DNA of 61,485 nucleotides, counting the filler, from Sphacelaria rigidula (Eukaryota), in assembly GCA_964200075.2 (NCBI GenBank). It is 11 parts of 11 records of this genome, joined end to end, with 100 filler letters (N's around TTAATTAATTAA, not from the genome) between each part and the next. Parts side by side here need not be neighbours in the genome. Positions count along the whole stretch, not along the records: positions 1 to 5,499 come from CAXNAA020026823.1; positions 5,600 to 11,098 come from CAXNAA020026824.1; 9 more parts are not named here. One strand, given 5' to 3'. The position numbers and the translations under genes were made by a program. The number at the start of each line of letters is the position of its first letter. Position 1 is the stretch's first letter. The notes beneath the pieces are model-generated. The model was not told the origin of the DNA. It did no database searches and saw nothing but the letters and a program-made list of their open reading frames with translations. Below are positions 1 to 10,170 of this stretch, one piece after another.

Positions 1-229
1 GTTTTCGCGTGGCCATATCTCTCGAGCAACATGTTTTTTTCCCGTTTTTTTCGAGACCGGGGTGCCAATGTCCCCCCCGAATGATGTGCGTAAAAAATTC
101 TTAGCGAAAACGGTCGAAATGGCGTGCTTGGCTGTTTTCGCGTTTCTGGCCATTTTTCGTATCTTTCTTGGGCAAAAAACGGGAAGGTATACTTTTTCTA
201 GGCCATTGCTCATAATATTTTGTTGTTGA

Positions 230-441
230 CAGATCAGGCGTTTTTTTTTCCTTTATTTTCTCTCCCCGTTGAACTCGGGGGAACTATTCCTTACCGGTTT
301 TCGTGGCGTCTCTCTTATTTCTTATTTTGGGTATGTGTTTGGTAAGGAACAGCAAGGGCGGTATTGGGAAGGCGAGCCTACGTCTGTGACCACGGGTTCG
401 CGAGATCGGACTAATGTGGGGAGATAATAATAATAAATAAT
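230..441 (+). mobile_element. 3' end of a LINE/SINE-like element with (AAT)n tail
   Basis: T-rich UTR-like stretch, then TGTGACCACGG at 385-395 (same motif as in the RTE 3' UTR at 3603-3613), then an AAT-repeat tail at about 424-441. The 5' limit is approximate. Confidence 0.5.
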
Positions 442-723
442 AGCGAGTGGAAAATTCCACGTTCTGTGACCCCAAGACGCTCGTTTTAACCGTAAGTACA
501 ACAGTATGATACGTTCGAGCAGTGGGACATCTTTGTACTGACTGCACTCTGCCGTACTTCGGACAGTACAGTAGTAACATGTACCCGAAGTACACTGGAG
601 TTGTAGTTCCTTGGGAAGCAATGTGTATCTCTACGGCACATTAGTGGTGAAGCGGTTCTGCGTGCGCGCGCTGGTGTTGTACTGTGCGTACCGCACCCTC
701 GAAAATAGGTACGATGTATATGA

Positions 724-757
724 CCGCGCAGATATCGGAACGGCTTTTAATGTGAAG

Positions 758-823
<66 letters not shown>
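724..823 (+). mobile_element. Extremely 5'-truncated RTE-type LINE copy: about 35 bp plus (AAC)n tail
   Basis: CCGCGCAGATATCGGAACGGCTTTTAATGTGAAGAC+(AAC)n matches the reverse complement of the tail of the RTE element at 3476-4470. It lies in the intron after the exon ending at 1089. Confidence 0.85.
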
Positions 824-1088
824 GTATATTATCACGAAAACAATTTATGACGTAGATAAACCTGGGCTGCAATGTGTTGTGGTTCCTGAGGAGTGTCGAA
901 CGGGCAGTCTGTTGTCTATGTGGATGCACAACCAAGCCGTAGATTACTCCCCGCGCTCGCACTACGTGGTACGGTACCCGACACCACGGCGGGCCTGACA
1001 TCAAACCCATCAGGAGAAGCGTAGCCCGATAAGACCTGCACGGCTCCATAGCACAAGGGACACATACTGTACCGAGAACAACACTTAC

Positions 1089-2091
1089 CTGATACCAGAA
1101 TGACGTCATCGTCAGCATGATGCAAAGATACCGAATCCCACGCGCATATATCTCCTGGAGACAACGAGGGAGAAGTCAGCTCATGCACAACAGTCGCAGC
1201 CCTAGACCATTCCCTCGCTCGCGCTGCTCCCTCTAGCCTCCCCAAATGCCCATCCTCGCCCTCAAGCATCTCCTTACTAGACCAGAAACTCGTCTCATGT
1301 AGATCTAAAGATGTGGACATGAGATCACTCAGCAGGTGATTTACGAAATCGGCAGCTGCGGGGGTGTGAGCCGGCAAAACTCCAGGGGCCAGCTCCAAGG
1401 TCAGACCTTCAACATTACTCATTCTCATCCTTCCGCCGTGCTTCGTCCGCAATCTATCTACCGGATCTCTATCCCCCCCCTCCGCTGTGCCGCTGCTAGC
1501 GTACTCCAACAGTCCCGGCGCGAGCTTGAGCATAGTCGGGAACGGAGTGATGCTAGTCAAGGCGTATTTGTGAGGATCTTTCGTCACCAAAGTCCATTGA
1601 TGGTGCGAGGCGGCCATAACGAAGCAAGTACCATGCACGGCAGAGTTTACCACGAGACGTGTGCGGGCTGCAGCTGTTGACCCGACAACGCTTTCGAGGA
1701 GCACCATCGCCTCGCGCCCTCGTCCATACTCGGCACAAGCAAGAAATGGCGCGACAAGGTGGAGATCTTGCTCATGCGAGCATTGGAGCTGATCTCCGCT
1801 CCAGCGCACTGCTTTGGAGAAGGCGCCCTCGTCTCCGTTGAAGTCATCCTTCGCGGATGTCAGCAGGGCCGTTTCGAACAGCGCAAGCGGGGTAAAACTT
1901 TCGATTTGGGACGAACCATCAGCAGCAGCAGCTTTGACATACACTGATGTTGTTCCAGCAGTGCCCAGAATCAGAATGCTCACCGCACGAAATAAGAATG
2001 ATGCTGCTGGCGATGCTGTTTTTCGTTTCATACAGCCGCTGGAGCTAACGCTATAATATCCCGTTGGTGCAAGACACTGGTGCATGATCAC
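1089..2091 (-). CDS. First coding exon of a probable secreted subtilisin-like (S8) serine peptidase, N-terminal region only
   Basis: About 1 kb stop-free frame with a hydrophobic signal-like segment (FLFRAVSILILGTAG). It ends at a strong donor TCAG|GTAAGT (intron starts 1088). Motifs PFLACAEY, LELAPGVLP, LDLHETSFWS and RAREWSRAATVVH resemble brown-algal subtilase N-termini (from recall). The catalytic domain is not in the window. Confidence 0.6.
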
Positions 2092-2766
2092 GGTGACTCC
2101 GTGTTCAATGATTTTTTACTCACCCAGATGACCACGGATTCTTTCGCTTCACAAACGGCCTGTTCTAAGCGTTCGAACGATCGTTGAAACAACTACGTCA
2201 AATAACCCAACTCCCGTTATTCTCTGAGGATCATCAGCGAAACTGCTAGTTGAGTATGTCCCACTTTTTATCGTTTGTGTCGAGCTTAGTGAGGACTGGG
2301 GACATTCCCACCTAGTAGAGAGTAAAATTCTGATGATGCATGTGAGGCCTCTTCAGACACGTCAAATCTCAGATGACGACATTTCGAAGTGGAGTCAGCA
2401 GTCAGCCCCACCTCAAAACCTAAACTGTCACGAAGAAATGACCATACAGCGCCTGATGTTTGGTTTCAAGCTGTATGAAACGCCTCATGTGAGCGACATT
2501 GGCAAAATGAACCCAAGGGTGGGAATTCTCAGCTGTTCGTTGCGTTCTTCTTTATTCTTTTCGATTTACCCATAGAGTTTATCTCCTCACATCAGCCACT
2601 TTTGTTGTAGGAGGGGGGGGGGAATCGTAGGAAATATCATTCGTGGTCCTAAATGCTAAATTCCCAAGTGGAACATCGGGAGCACTTGGGTCGGGTGAGC
2701 AGGTCCAAAATCCATCATCTTGAATATCACTAGAGTGTAGAACTAACATAAATAAATAAATATAAG

Positions 2767-2843
2767 CTCCTGTGTCGACCTTCCTCCTGTGTGACCCGGG
2801 CTGGTGCTCCCACATATACCGAAAGGTGTTGACTGGCGTCAAG
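2767..2843 (-). repeat. Dispersed repeat fragment, second copy at about 52058-52135
   Basis: CTCCTGTGTyGACCTTCCTCCTGTGTGACCCsGGCTGGTGC...ATACCGAAAGGTGT occurs in two unrelated contigs. Confidence 0.8.
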
Positions 2844-2907
2844 ACTAGACGGGACGGCAACACTAACACTAATAATCCTAGCCCCAACGAAGGCAAAGTG
2901 TGCGTTG

Positions 2908-3437
2908 CTAGACCTCAGATCGGCGCCTCAGGCGCCGGTTGAGACAAGAACGCGTTCTGCGCACGCACGCTTGGAGCACAGTTATATAAAAGATCCGGGT
3001 TTCGTTGCACGCACTCTAAAATCAAGTCAGAGTAAGTCGGAGCTGCTCACCCGTCCCAAGTGGTATTTATGCCGGTTCAGCGAGGTGACCTATCCTCAAC
3101 AGTACAGTATATTGCAGAAATTGAGACTCGATCGCGAAAGGAGACTGGGTAGGTTCTCATCGATTTCGGAGGCATTTGGCCAAAGACTGCCGACCGACAT
3201 GTTTCATAGTGGAACTGTTTTGACTGCTTTGATCAAGGCGGTAAATGTGATGGTCATACCGTCGGAATCGAACACAGTCCGAATTGTGCACAATGAACCA
3301 GTTGAAACCTCTCATTTCTCCCAAATCCTGGATCCATATCCGCCGATTCAACCGTGACTGCTTGATATCTCGACAACCACGAACGCGATTTCGGATTTTT
3401 CATTTTCCCCCCCTGGTTGGCCGTGATCACTAGACAA
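2908..3437 (-). mobile_element. Candidate non-autonomous Helitron-like element
   Basis: On the minus strand a perfect GC hairpin CGGCGCC-n3-GGCGCCG (2921-2937) sits 9 nt before CTAG (2908-2911), the usual Helitron 3' signature. The far end is only a guess. Confidence 0.4.
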
Positions 3438-3475
3438 GAAAAAAAAAGGTTCCATCATGAAACATGACACTCTCC

Positions 3476-4470
3476 GTTGTTGTTGTTGTTGTTGTTGTTG
3501 TTGTCGTTGTTGTTGTCGTTGTTGTTGTCGTTGTCTTCACATTGAAAACCGTTCCGATATCTGCGCGGAACATTCGTACTCGGCATCTGAGGCAGACGCC
3601 TTCCGTGGTCACAGGCTAGCACAAAAGAAAAGAAAAGACACAGATTAATTAAAACTCGCAAAACGCGATACAAGCAAAAACAGGGATTAATAATAAAGAA
3701 GAAAGATAATACATACTGTATATATGACTAACCTCAGAAGATCCGGGCTGCAGGTGGCCATTCGGGCTTCAGGGGGCGGCACGCGGCTTTCCAACTCGAC
3801 GCGCGATGCCAAGTAGAAATGAACACAGGGTCCGACTACGGGCGAGACGCAAGGCCTCAAATACCGCCAACCAAAGAACTAAGAATCGCAACGTTCCATT
3901 TTTCGGCCTCTCGAGGGATAGCCATACGTACAAGCATACCAGATGTATCAAGACAAGCACTGCATGACATAACAACACCCCTCATCGGGTGGGTTCATCA
4001 CCCAACCCCCCTTTCTCTGGACTGTCGGCATTGCTATGCTATGTGGGCTTCGTTGGTCTCCCGTCTAATCGCACGCAGTCGGCTGGCCTCCTCTTCATTT
4101 CTATGCCATGAGTTCATGAACCTCTCCGCCCCTGCAGCACTCCCGCGTGCCACGGCAACCCCCCCTCCTTACTTGCTGCTGGGGTCCATAGGACGCGGTC
4201 AATTTCGAATGTCTTGCGGTTGTCGTCCGTAGAGCCGTCTGTGGCTCCCAAAGCGTGGAGACCGTCCCTCAGGCACTTCAGCCGCAGTTTTGTTGCGGAC
4301 ACCCTGGTCCTGGATCTTCCCCCCCGACTACTAGTGTTCCAAACGCTATTCGCTTCGGTAATCGTCCGTCCGGTTGTCTAGCCAGGGCTCCCGCGAACAG
4401 CAGTCGTCGTTGCCGGACGATGGCTGCCGCACTTTGACATCCGGTCTTCTTGAGGGGATGTGCATAACAG
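3476..4470 (-). mobile_element. 5'-truncated, frameshifted RTE-clade LINE (ORF2 C-terminus, 3' UTR, (AAC)n tail)
   Basis: Joined frames read LKKTGCQSAAAIVRQRRLLFAGALARQPDGRLPKRIAFGTL..GPGCP../LKCLRDGL..W..AA..W..GVLQGAERFMNSWH, typical of the RTE post-RT region. About 500 nt of UTR and an (AAC)n tail at 3476-3534 follow. Confidence 0.85.
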
Positions 4471-4555
4471 CCAACAGCCGATCCTCTTTTTTGGGGACCT
4501 ATAAAATGAGCTTCAACCCGCAAATCGCTTCCGTTCGGGAAATACCAAACAGTAA

Positions 4556-5499
4556 GGGCCGTTATTATCGACACAGTTTTTTGGGAGATCGTCCTAATTT
4601 TAGGCGTTTTCATCACACTTTTTTTCGCACCTTCTCCCAAAATGAAGCGGCGAGATTTTTTCGCCAAGCCTTTACGTTTGGCGAAAGTCCGATTTTTCGC
4701 ACCCCAGCACAATACTCTGCAGAGCTGCCCTTGGCGCACGCCGTGACGCCCGCACGCGTACAAGAAGCGTGATTAAGCTTGCCAGTGGCACCTTGGGCCA
4801 TGTCAGAGGGTAGGAAGCGCCGTGGGTTACCGGCATTGGCGTCCTCAGGTCGTCGAAGGCGGGTCAACGAGGACGTGACCCCGGCGTTGGTAATGAGAAG
4901 CATCACGGCAGCTGCATCGTCGTGGCCGCGGTGTCATCGGGTGTCGCTCACACCATGCACCGTCCTGAGATGAGGAAGCCAATATATGAGCCACGGCGTC
5001 TCGACTGGGATGAACACGTGCAGGATCTGGAAGAGCGCGGCTGCTTCAAGCGGATGTACCGTATGTCGAAGGAGACGTTCCAGAAACTCGCGGGCATGCT
5101 GGCTCCGCTTCTCTGGGTCAGCCAGCACCACGCTGGTGATTGCTGCATGTGCTTTGCTGCTCCAGCGGCATGTATGAACTTGACATGCTTTGTCGCATAA
5201 GCACAGTCACGCCTTCTCGCATATGCTGTGCCTATGGCGGTACTGGAGTGTGCTTGGCCCTTGCAAAGGCGGTGTAGTCTTCGCCGGGGTTGCCTTTGAT
5301 CGTGGGCAGTACTGTCTCATGAAATTGGAATTTTTGAAATTTCTGTACACGTCTGTATGTAACGGTTGACTGTATGAGTACCCCACCAGGAAGACACCAA
5401 CAGCCCACGTGGGCTGCACCTGTTTGAAGTGTTTGTTTAAGGCTCGAGAATTATGGATTTTTTAAAAGGCACAATCAAGACTTGAGAAAAATCAAAACC
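4556..5499 (+). mobile_element. PIF/Harbinger DNA transposon, left end and decayed transposase N-terminus
   Basis: TAA|GGGCCG terminus at 4553-4561, ATG at 4800, frameshift near 4915. The frame then reads RRLDWDEHV..GCFKRMYRMSKETFQKLAGML, the F-x3-RMS-x2-TF-x2-L motif of Harbinger (DDE_Tnp_4) transposases. Possible donor at 5136; cut by the contig end. Confidence 0.75.
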
Positions 5500-5599
5500 N
5501 NNNNNNNNNNNNNNNNNNNNNNNNNNNNNNNNNNNNNNNNNNNTTAATTAATTAANNNNNNNNNNNNNNNNNNNNNNNNNNNNNNNNNNNNNNNNNNNN
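5500..5599. other. Artificial contig linker N44-TTAATTAATTAA-N44 (first of ten)
   Basis: Identical 100-bp linkers start at 5500, 11099, 16698, 22297, 27896, 33495, 39094, 44692, 50290 and 55888. The core gives stops in all six frames. Confidence 0.98.
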
Positions 5600-5671
5600 C
5601 ACATGTACATGTTTGACTACAAGTGAGCTACCGCTCGCAGATGAGCTAGCTCATGAGCTGTCCTACGTGTG
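5600..5671 (-). mobile_element. Terminus of the AGCT-rich hAT-like MITE (same family as 60917-61369)
   Basis: Reverse complement CACACGTAGGACAGCTCATGAGCTAGCTCAT... matches 60917-60988. Confidence 0.85.
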
Positions 5672-5835
5672 AAATTATTTATGAACAATTGGAAAAATGT
5701 CATCATATCGATGGAAGAACACGCAGGGTACTTTCCAGAAGAATTTCAACGTGCGCGTGTAGGAGTTACTCGTTGAATTTTAATCCACAACTCCCACAAT
5801 TGGGGAGGGTGTTCCACTTTTAGCATGAAACCGCT

Positions 5836-5927
5836 CCACCTGGTTGCCTAACTGGTAAAATAATGAGACTTCCACAAGGAAGGGCGGAAGGTCACGAGTT
5901 CGAATCCCGACAGATACTCTCGTTTTT
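5836..5927 (+). mobile_element. tRNA-derived SINE-like head
   Basis: A-box-like TGCCTAACTGG, B box GAGTTCGAATCC (5896-5907) and a following T-run. No complete cloverleaf can be drawn. Confidence 0.55.
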
Positions 5928-8400
5928 ACACCATCTGGATCCGTCTTCGAGGTTATTCATGATCTCTTCTGCACAGCCCTACGTTTCCTTTTTCATCGTG
6001 TTTTCAGCAGTAGAGGATACTTTAGCAGGATAGTCCGCAGTTCACAGTAGTATGCTTACATCGGGTTGATCAAGAAGACTGAAACGTTATCACGTTCCGA
6101 AGGAGTGCGAGTTGCTTGACTGGCCCAACTCGTGCCCTGCGGCAAAGCACCCGTTTCACAGCCAGTACAATGAACTTACGAATTGCAGTCTTCGGTGTGA
6201 AGTACGAATCAGTGCCACTTGTCCACGATTGATGCCGACGAGCCAATGCGACAGTATTCGTGACATGCTCGGCTGGTGTGCAAACAGAGAAAAGTGAAGA
6301 GCTAGGACAAATATATCTCGATGTGTAGAACTAGCCAGGTCGAGACAGCTAAAACATGATCCTGCAGATAGATGTCGTCGTGAGCATATCCATCCGTGGC
6401 ACTCGAGGCAGCGATACGAGTATTTTCCGATGCCTCGGTTATTCGGCTGTATCATCGATAAAAGAAAGGGCGCTCTACGCACATGTGTATATAAAATAAC
6501 ATGGGGGAATTTTACCTAGTTATTTATACTGCTCACCTTGTGGGATCAAGCGAAGACTAGTGGTGAGGTGATGCCTTGAAGGTTTTCTGGTTGATGTCAA
6601 GACGCACAGGAGTCGAAAAAACGAAAACAGGCCGTTACATATACAACTTCTGTTAGTCTTTTTCCAAATACGTTTATAGCACAACAATCATGTTCCATGG
6701 ATAAATGGCAGGGATACCTCGATGTTGTGTACTACGTACCAATAATAGATGCTAGTAGCTTCGTATCAAGGAAATATCTTCCGTACTGCAGTTTTCATAC
6801 AAAAGCAGGAGCAAGCAGAAATTGCTGTGATGGAACGGACACAACCATTTCTGCCCGACAAACGGGTATGAGAACATCGGACAAACTTGGCGAAACACCC
6901 ACTCGTCCGCTGGTGCCGCCGCGACAAAGGTGGGTGATGCATGTATATCTCATTTGACGGCACTTGGGTGTACTATGTCATATACTATGTACGCACGCGT
7001 TCCGGAAATGTCGCTTCACAACCGAACACAACCTACTCCTGTCCATGCATCTCAAATATTGAGTAAGAGAGGCTCATGCAGCCAGGTTCAACATAGACAC
7101 ATACAAGTACAGGCACGACGATTGCAGTGAGTGCACCGGTATGTACTGTGACGATCTTTTCACAACTGACCGTGCCTTACTGCGCTGTAGGGAAGCATGG
7201 CAGTGCGCCCCTACCGCATGGCGATTGATTTACGTAAAGGTACAGGCAGCGTACCACTAGCTATGCCACACACCATGAATAATATCTACTTTCATACGAT
7301 ACACCCCATTGTCAAACTCTCCGGATTTGAATATCACCCTCGGTATGGTCAGGATGACTTGAGTACTGTACTCTCTCCTGTACGTCGCAACCCACAGACG
7401 AGATGGTTTGCGCTATTGGGGTTGGTGCTGTACAACGCTCTGACTCGATCTGACTCACTCACAAGTTGCAAGACACAGGGATCACTATTGCTTTCACCAT
7501 GCGTGCGTTACTGGGGTTGGTGGGCTTCAACCTTTTGTTCGAAGCTTGCTTCAGCTTCTCGCAGCGACAAGCCCGAAAAACCAGTGTCCCCCTCGACCGC
7601 CCAGACCGTCTGCTGAATCAGCATAATATTACTTGAAAAATGACTGTTAGTCCTGTGTACGTCGTATTAATCTGCGGTCACTGCAAGGCTTCAAATCTGC
7701 GCACAGTCAACGCGCCATGTGGCAACTCGCGTCTATTGCGTCTTTCAGGAGAATGAGGCGAAGTTTGACTCAAGTTCCACGAGCCATCATTTTATCAAGA
7801 CTCGTGGGACTAGAACTTTCGAACTTTCGACCGCCCAAGTGTTTTCATTCTCCCTTCACTCGAATCGCCATTTTCGCTTGAGCTTGAAGAAAGACCGTCA
7901 GGCTCAGGTTTTCATTTGCATGCGCCCAAAGGTTTGAGGTTCGTTCTGTAAAAAAAGTTTGACCACGCAGAACGCGGCGAGGCAGCTCCTCACGCGTGCG
8001 TGCGCTCAAAGGGCTGAAGGGCTGTCTAATGGGAAACACTTGGGGAACGAGAAGATGCGGCGTAACCCCCCCCACCGTCGCCGTGATAGGTCAACGTCAG
8101 TCCTGCTCCTAGATTACTTCATCGTTCTCTTCGCTACTTTTCGCGCGCGACGTGATGGCCAAGAGTTGACACTCTTGGCTACTTCAGAAGAAAATATGGC
8201 GCAAACAAGCGGAATCTATGAAAAAATTGAGCCCATGTTTGTTGCATGGTAGTAATGCGCAACCGTTGGAAACGTGTACTGAGCATTTCCAGGCATGCCC
8301 ACCATTCCGCCCGCACGCTACATGCCTGACACCTTCAAAGTTAACCACAGTCTACCGCCATATGGGCCTCTGCTTTCAGTGGCGTCAGGGCGATATTGTC

Positions 8401-8497
8401 CTTCCCTTTGCCCAAAAATAAATCTAACCATCCAACCATCTATCCTCAAAAACCTTCAATTAATTTATTCATTATATCCAACTTGTCGCACTATTGT
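8401..8497 (+). repeat. AT-rich dispersed repeat, second copy about 54302-54398
   Basis: Shared CCAAAAATAAA..AACCATCC..TCCTC..AAAC..TTCAATTAAT..CACTATT in two contigs. Confidence 0.55.
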
Positions 8498-9786
8498 ATT
8501 CAGATAATAAAATTCAATCAACCAACCATCCATCCAACCATCCATTCTCAAACAATCATTAATTAATTAATTAATTATATCACATTTTACTTCAGTTTAT
8601 TATGTTATTTCCTTATCTTTTCTTTCATTTATTATAGTTCTTTTTTATTCTTCTATTGGGCGAGAAAGAGCAATATTCGTAAAAGTTTGTTGCTTTGTTT
8701 TGCACCATGCTGCCAGTTCTACTGACGGTTGTTCAAAAAGAAACAACGCTGCTTCGGTCCGCTGCCGATTAAGAAGTACAGAGCACACGACCAACCGGCT
8801 AGTTGAGAGCTACGCTGTGGGTTATCGCGACTTGTTTCGCGCGCCGTGTGTCTCGTGATCAACGTGTGATCAGCGTTGAGGCGAGGGCTGATATTCGCCG
8901 TGGTTTGTCACGGCTTCATCAGTTTCTTGCTGTGCTTTGCTAATTTTTCGTGTATTCAGAACGAGTGACAACGAGCAGAGCCAGTTAGATCACATTTTCT
9001 TACTATGATGATATTTGTTTTCAGAGGACAGCCCCTGAGTCCTATGACTCAAAAGTTTTATCGCGACTCGCATGAGTACCAGGTAGATTCCAGTCATGGA
9101 ACACCCCTACATGCGGGAGATCTCGTCCCTGCGCGTGGCCTGTGGGACAGATGTACCGTCACCTCGGGTCGCCCTGCATTTCCGTCATCGGAATGTCGTC
9201 ATACTCCGCAGATGCGCTGACAATCCCTGACCCACCTCGATCTTTTCACTCTCATCTTTTCCTCACCCGAGGCCTTGTCCACCTCCAACTCACTCGCACT
9301 CTGCACCCGAGTCCACGTCCGCACAAACACGCACACTGACACACACGCGCACACAAACACGGATGCACAGCCTCGTCCCAGTAGCTCCTGTCCAGTGATC
9401 CATGAGGTTGTCGCCCCCGCCCCTATTGCGCCTTTGGATGGTATAATCACTCGTACGTCCTCCGAGCGACCAGAAAAAAATGGTTACTTGAGACTTCAAC
9501 GAGTAAGAGTCACGCGAGTAGATTGGGACTAGTTCGATATGAACACCGCTCTCTCACCGATGGCAAGCTGGTGCAGGGCTATCGGGTAAAATTGATCTGA
9601 TTTGAGGAAGGCCCTAGAGTGCCCAAGCCTAACAGGCGCCCCTCTGCTTCTCTAGTGACCGGTCATTGTAGAACCCCCATACCCCAACTCTTCCCCTGGC
9701 CTGACTCGCGGGACCGTCGGCAGCCAACTAGTCAAAATCATCCGCATGAATCCTCAAGGGGGTTGCCCCCTCTCCAACAGTTTGTT

Positions 9787-10170
9787 GGAGAACCTCAACT
9801 CCGCGCAAAGAGGATGGTCGTAGTACGGAGTGTTTACTTGGTGAGACGTTGCTCACGTGGCTCATGCGGCAGTGTGGAACCCATGTCTGTCTCAGGAAGT
9901 GGCGCTAACGGAAAATGAAGCAACGGCTTGGAAGCTGTCATCCGTAGGCAAGATGCTTGATACGCTTCGGGCCGAAGAATCTGGGCAGGATGCAGCTCAC
10001 TCTCCATGCGACTCGCCAAACACATCACGACGCTTCGCGCTTTGTGATGGATTGCGAGCTTGGTCTGGTGAAAACCCGGTGTGCCCCGTCCCGACTTTGT
10101 AGGGATGCGACGTCAATGGTTTTACAACTATGGCATGCAAGATCACAAGTACCCCCCCCCACCCCCCCCC
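9787..10170 (+). mobile_element. Longest copy of a dispersed family ending in a poly-C tract (may extend 5' to about 9005)
   Basis: 9787-10058 aligns with 55628-55887. The 3' end GGGATGCG..TCAATGG..ACTATGGCATGCAAGATCA..AGTAC+Cn recurs at 16242, 28087 (minus), 44870 and 50395. Confidence 0.8.

Noticed and set aside
641..850. Poly-Thr, poly-Cys and poly-Leu ORFs here and at 3430-3673
   Set aside because: They are translations of (AAC)n LINE tails.
8558..8577. Natural (TTAA)n run resembling the linker core
   Set aside because: No flanking Ns; it is an ordinary AT-rich simple repeat.
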